Below are positions 60,916 through 64,000 of a stretch of DNA of 64,000 nucleotides, one piece after another. The DNA comes from Cyanophora paradoxa CCMP329. Its lineage: Eukaryota > Plantae > Glaucophyta. The stretch spans positions 62,001 to 126,000 of the forward strand of contig QPMI01000457.1 of NCBI GenBank assembly GCA_004431415.1. The letters are read 5' to 3'. The translations under genes were made by a program, and so were the position numbers. Position 1 is the first letter of the stretch. Each line of letters opens with the position of its first letter. The notes under the pieces were generated by a model. It was not told where the DNA came from, did not search any database, and was given only the letters and a program-made list of their open reading frames with translations.

Positions 60916-63900
60916 TTGCCAAGTTGCTTCAAGACTGAAGTTCAAGTTGATGGGAAGTTTCACGATCGCGAACGGTTCGCCCCTCCATCAAAGGCTCCGC
61001 CGCTCCGAGCCTCCGACAGCCTCCGAGTCTCCGACTCCTCCGACTCCCGAAAAACGGGGCCTCCCCGAGAATGCGATTGGCCAGCGAGGGGTACGCTTTT
61101 GCGAAAAGGGGAGCTCCTTGCGCAAGTACGCATGCATATGCGCAAGGAGCCCCGCAGCAGGCTCCGCAGGCTGCAGCTGGCCATGGGAGCCTGGGAGTCT
61201 GGGTCCCCGACTCTGGGACCGCATGCGCAGCGCCGCCGCGCGCGTGTGCGCAACGCATCGCACGGTGATTCGTACCCCCAACGCATCGTACCGTTTCGTA
61301 CGGTGATTCATCCGCTGCGCCGGCGCGGCGGCGCCCCGCGCGGCGTGCCCGCATTTATTTACGCCAGCGCCCTGGCCTGGCCGGCGCCGCGGGCGCGGCC
61401 GTGCGTACGCGTATACATCGCTGACATGATTCGCTGTACATGTCTAGATGCAGGCCGCTTTCGCAGGCCATAGCTAGCTAAAGCTATAGCTATGCATACG
61501 CATGGCTATGACGCGGAGCACTTGGAGGAGGTGCGTGTGCTAACGTTGGCGCTGTGCCTGTACATGTGTCGGCCGCGGCGCCCGGCTCGCGTGCGCGCGG
61601 CCTGGATGCAGGGGCTCGCCCAGCCCTGATGCAGGTGTTCGCGCTTGCGCTGGATGGCGTGCGGGAGGAAGGCCTAGGCCCGGGGGTGGTCTGGCAGCCC
61701 GAGGTGGAGTCACTGGGCGGGCTCGTCGTCGAGTCGCGGTGCGCGCTTGCGCATGCGCGGGCGTGCGGCGTGGCCCCGCCGCGCCCAACGGTGAGCCGCG
61801 GCCGCCGACAGAGAGGCGGACAACGGCTTCCGCTGGTACCGCGCCGCCGTCGCGCTGGAGCTCCACCCCAGCTTCGTCGCCCGCAACCTCATCGTCAACG
61901 ACGTCCAGGCGAGCCCTGCGCATGCCCTGGGCCGTCCCGCGCGCCTGTCCTGTACCGGCGCCGCCCCGCTTGCCATTGGACTTATTCTCCTCCGTGGGTT
62001 CGAATTCTCCCCGTTGGACTGGACATCGCGACCCAGGACGCCCTCGGGTTCTCCGTGCGCGAGAACCTGGTCGACGAGTTCCCCGACGCGTCCCTAGGCC
62101 TGGGCGCGGGCGAGGAGCCGGCGGGCCGCGACCCGGACGGGCTCGGGGAGCGGGTCAAGTGCGTCCTGCACAGCGCGAACTACTTCGGTGCGCGTATTAT
62201 GCATGCGCAATATTAATTCGAGCGCTTCGCCTCTCATTGCGAGCAGGCCTGGAGGTGAAGGAGTTCCTGCTGTACGCCTCCCGGCGCCTGCCGGACGGCT
62301 CCGCACTCGCCGTGAAGCCCACGGCCGACCTCGTCGACGGCGTTTGGTACCTCCCCGACCATGTCTTTGATTTCCGGGCCGAAATTCGCAGCTCAGGGGC
62401 TGACAATGACCGAATTTGGGGCGTCGCGCAGGACGTCGATTCGCTTCCGCGAGCGGCTCCGCAGCCTCACCGTCTTCCACGCCTCCGCCGCGGGCGGCCC
62501 CCGGCCCTTCGGGGGCTCCAGCAGCTGCCGGTGCGCTCTCCTTGCGATAGATCTAAATTTATGTCTAAGTGCTGATAAATATTCGAGCTGATTCAAACAC
62601 GTCGACGTCGTCGATCGCAGGCTCTCCATTCTGTACTACAACGACAAGCCGAAGTTCAATGTCCTGAGGCTGGTCCCCGACTTCTGTGCGTTCTGCCTGC
62701 TTTGGTGATTAATATTCGGGTCTACAAGTTAATTCCGCCCAGTGACTCGACTCTGTACATGCCCAGGGTGGCGCCGCGTCTACTCCCGGATCCTGGCCAA
62801 CATGGCTATCCGGATCAAGCGGCACCTCCTGAGCCTCGCCATGGGGCCCGCGCCCTCGGGCGGCCCGCCGCTGCCGGAGGCCCCCCGGGGCCTCCGCGTC
62901 CCATTCGCAAGCGGGTCTGCGGCGTTCCCGTCGATTGCGAGCTCGCGGCGGGTCGGGGATCTGGAGGCGCCGCCCTCGCCCGCGGCCGGCGCGCTCGCGT
63001 CGGCCGCCCGCGCGCACGTGCACGCCGGCGGGCGCGATCGCGAGTCTCCCTTCGTGCTCCACTCGTACAGTGCCGGCGCGCGGGCGGCACACGCACACCC
63101 GGCGAACGCCGCGCTGGAGAACGTCGAGGAGGCGAACGGCATCAACTCGCTCTACCGGAGGCTCGTCAAGGACGGCTACGACCCCGAGAACGCCATCGAC
63201 CGCGAGCTTGAGGCGCGCAAAATTCGAAATTCTGCGATTTATTCGGATCCGTTCGTCTCACGGCGCACTGCAGAGCGCGCACGTGGTCGCCCTCCAGGTC
63301 AGTCTCCAGCATTTCGCGCATTTTCGCGGCGGTTGGGGGCCCGTCTGAGATTTTCGCAGGAAGCGGCGCGGGCGAGCCTGGACCTCTCGCTCCGCCTTTC
63401 CGGCCTCTCCCTCGCCGAAGGGGCGCCCGCAAAGGCCTCGCGATCGCCGGCTTCTGCTGGCGGTGCCCTCGCGATTGGCGGGACGGGTGCCGGCGGGGCA
63501 GCCAAGACCGGCTGCCGGCCCCGGCCGTGGGCCATCCTCGACGATGGCGACGGGGGCGAGGTGGATGGTCCGGAGGGCCCCAGGAAACTGCGCCCGCCCT
63601 TCGTCTCCTGGGGGGTACGCAAGCCCGTCACCTGCGAGGCCACGGCCAGACCTTGTCTCAAATTTCTGCCTCCTAACCCGAATGCGTGGTGTGCGCTTTC
63701 TGCAGGTGCCCCAACTGCCCCAAGCCGGCCAGCTGCAAGAGGAGCTGTCCATTGGCCGTCCGGTCCAGGGCAGCCGCGAGCACCTGCACCTGCACCCCCT
63801 CACGGCCGCGGCGCCGGCCGTCCCCGTCACCATGCTTCGGGCTTCCGCGGGAGCGTTAGCCCCAGCCCCGGACAGGGCAATGAAAGCGGAGCCGGCCGCG

Positions 63901-64000
63901 CGGGCGGGTTCGCGCTCGCGATCGGCGCGAAAATCGGACGACGACAGGTTCGCATGCAAATTTCCGCGGTCCTGTGATAATGCGCAAAATTACGCCGTCG
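60916..64000 (+). CDS. Hypothetical multi-exon protein, probably running off the window; start approximate
   Basis: Spliceable exons VFALALDGVREE..., RWYRAAVALELHPSFVARNLIVNDVQ, GLEVKEFLLYASRRL..., LSILYYNDKPKFNVLRL and WRRVYSRILANMAIRIKRHLL; no family recognised. Confidence 0.45.

Overview
GC-rich eukaryotic nuclear DNA, densely packed with genes broken by many short (~45-200 nt) spliceosomal introns. The raw ORF track is therefore mostly misleading, and I reconstructed gene models by hand-splicing. The style plus a centriolar gene suggests a flagellated alga or protist, possibly a glaucophyte such as Cyanophora (inference only). Recognisable genes: RPL35a, a Moonraker/KIAA0753-like protein, tRNA-Pro(CGG), VPS51, an LRR protein, an Ahr/YjgB-like Zn-dependent alcohol dehydrogenase, a PSI-repeat surface protein, a JmjC protein lacking its Fe ligands, a membrane-anchored subtilase, an mTERF and a CaMKK-family kinase. 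There is also an inverted pair of thioredoxin-fold proteins with acidic/CNCRC tails, a tandem pair of small hydrophilins and several orphans. The strongest candidate for an undescribed system is at 22250-25828: an MLKL-like four-helix bundle, then a pseudokinase, fused to a C-terminal right-handed beta-helix, i.e. a possible sensor-coupled cell-death executioner. Also notable are the exon-modular thioredoxin-CNCRC proteins, a visible micro inverted-triplication (template-switch) mutation signature that builds palindromes in neutral DNA, and frequent GC-AG introns. Several GC-rich exons contain 1-bp frameshifts that are probably assembly errors. Family assignments rest on motif recognition and sequences recalled from memory, not on database searches.
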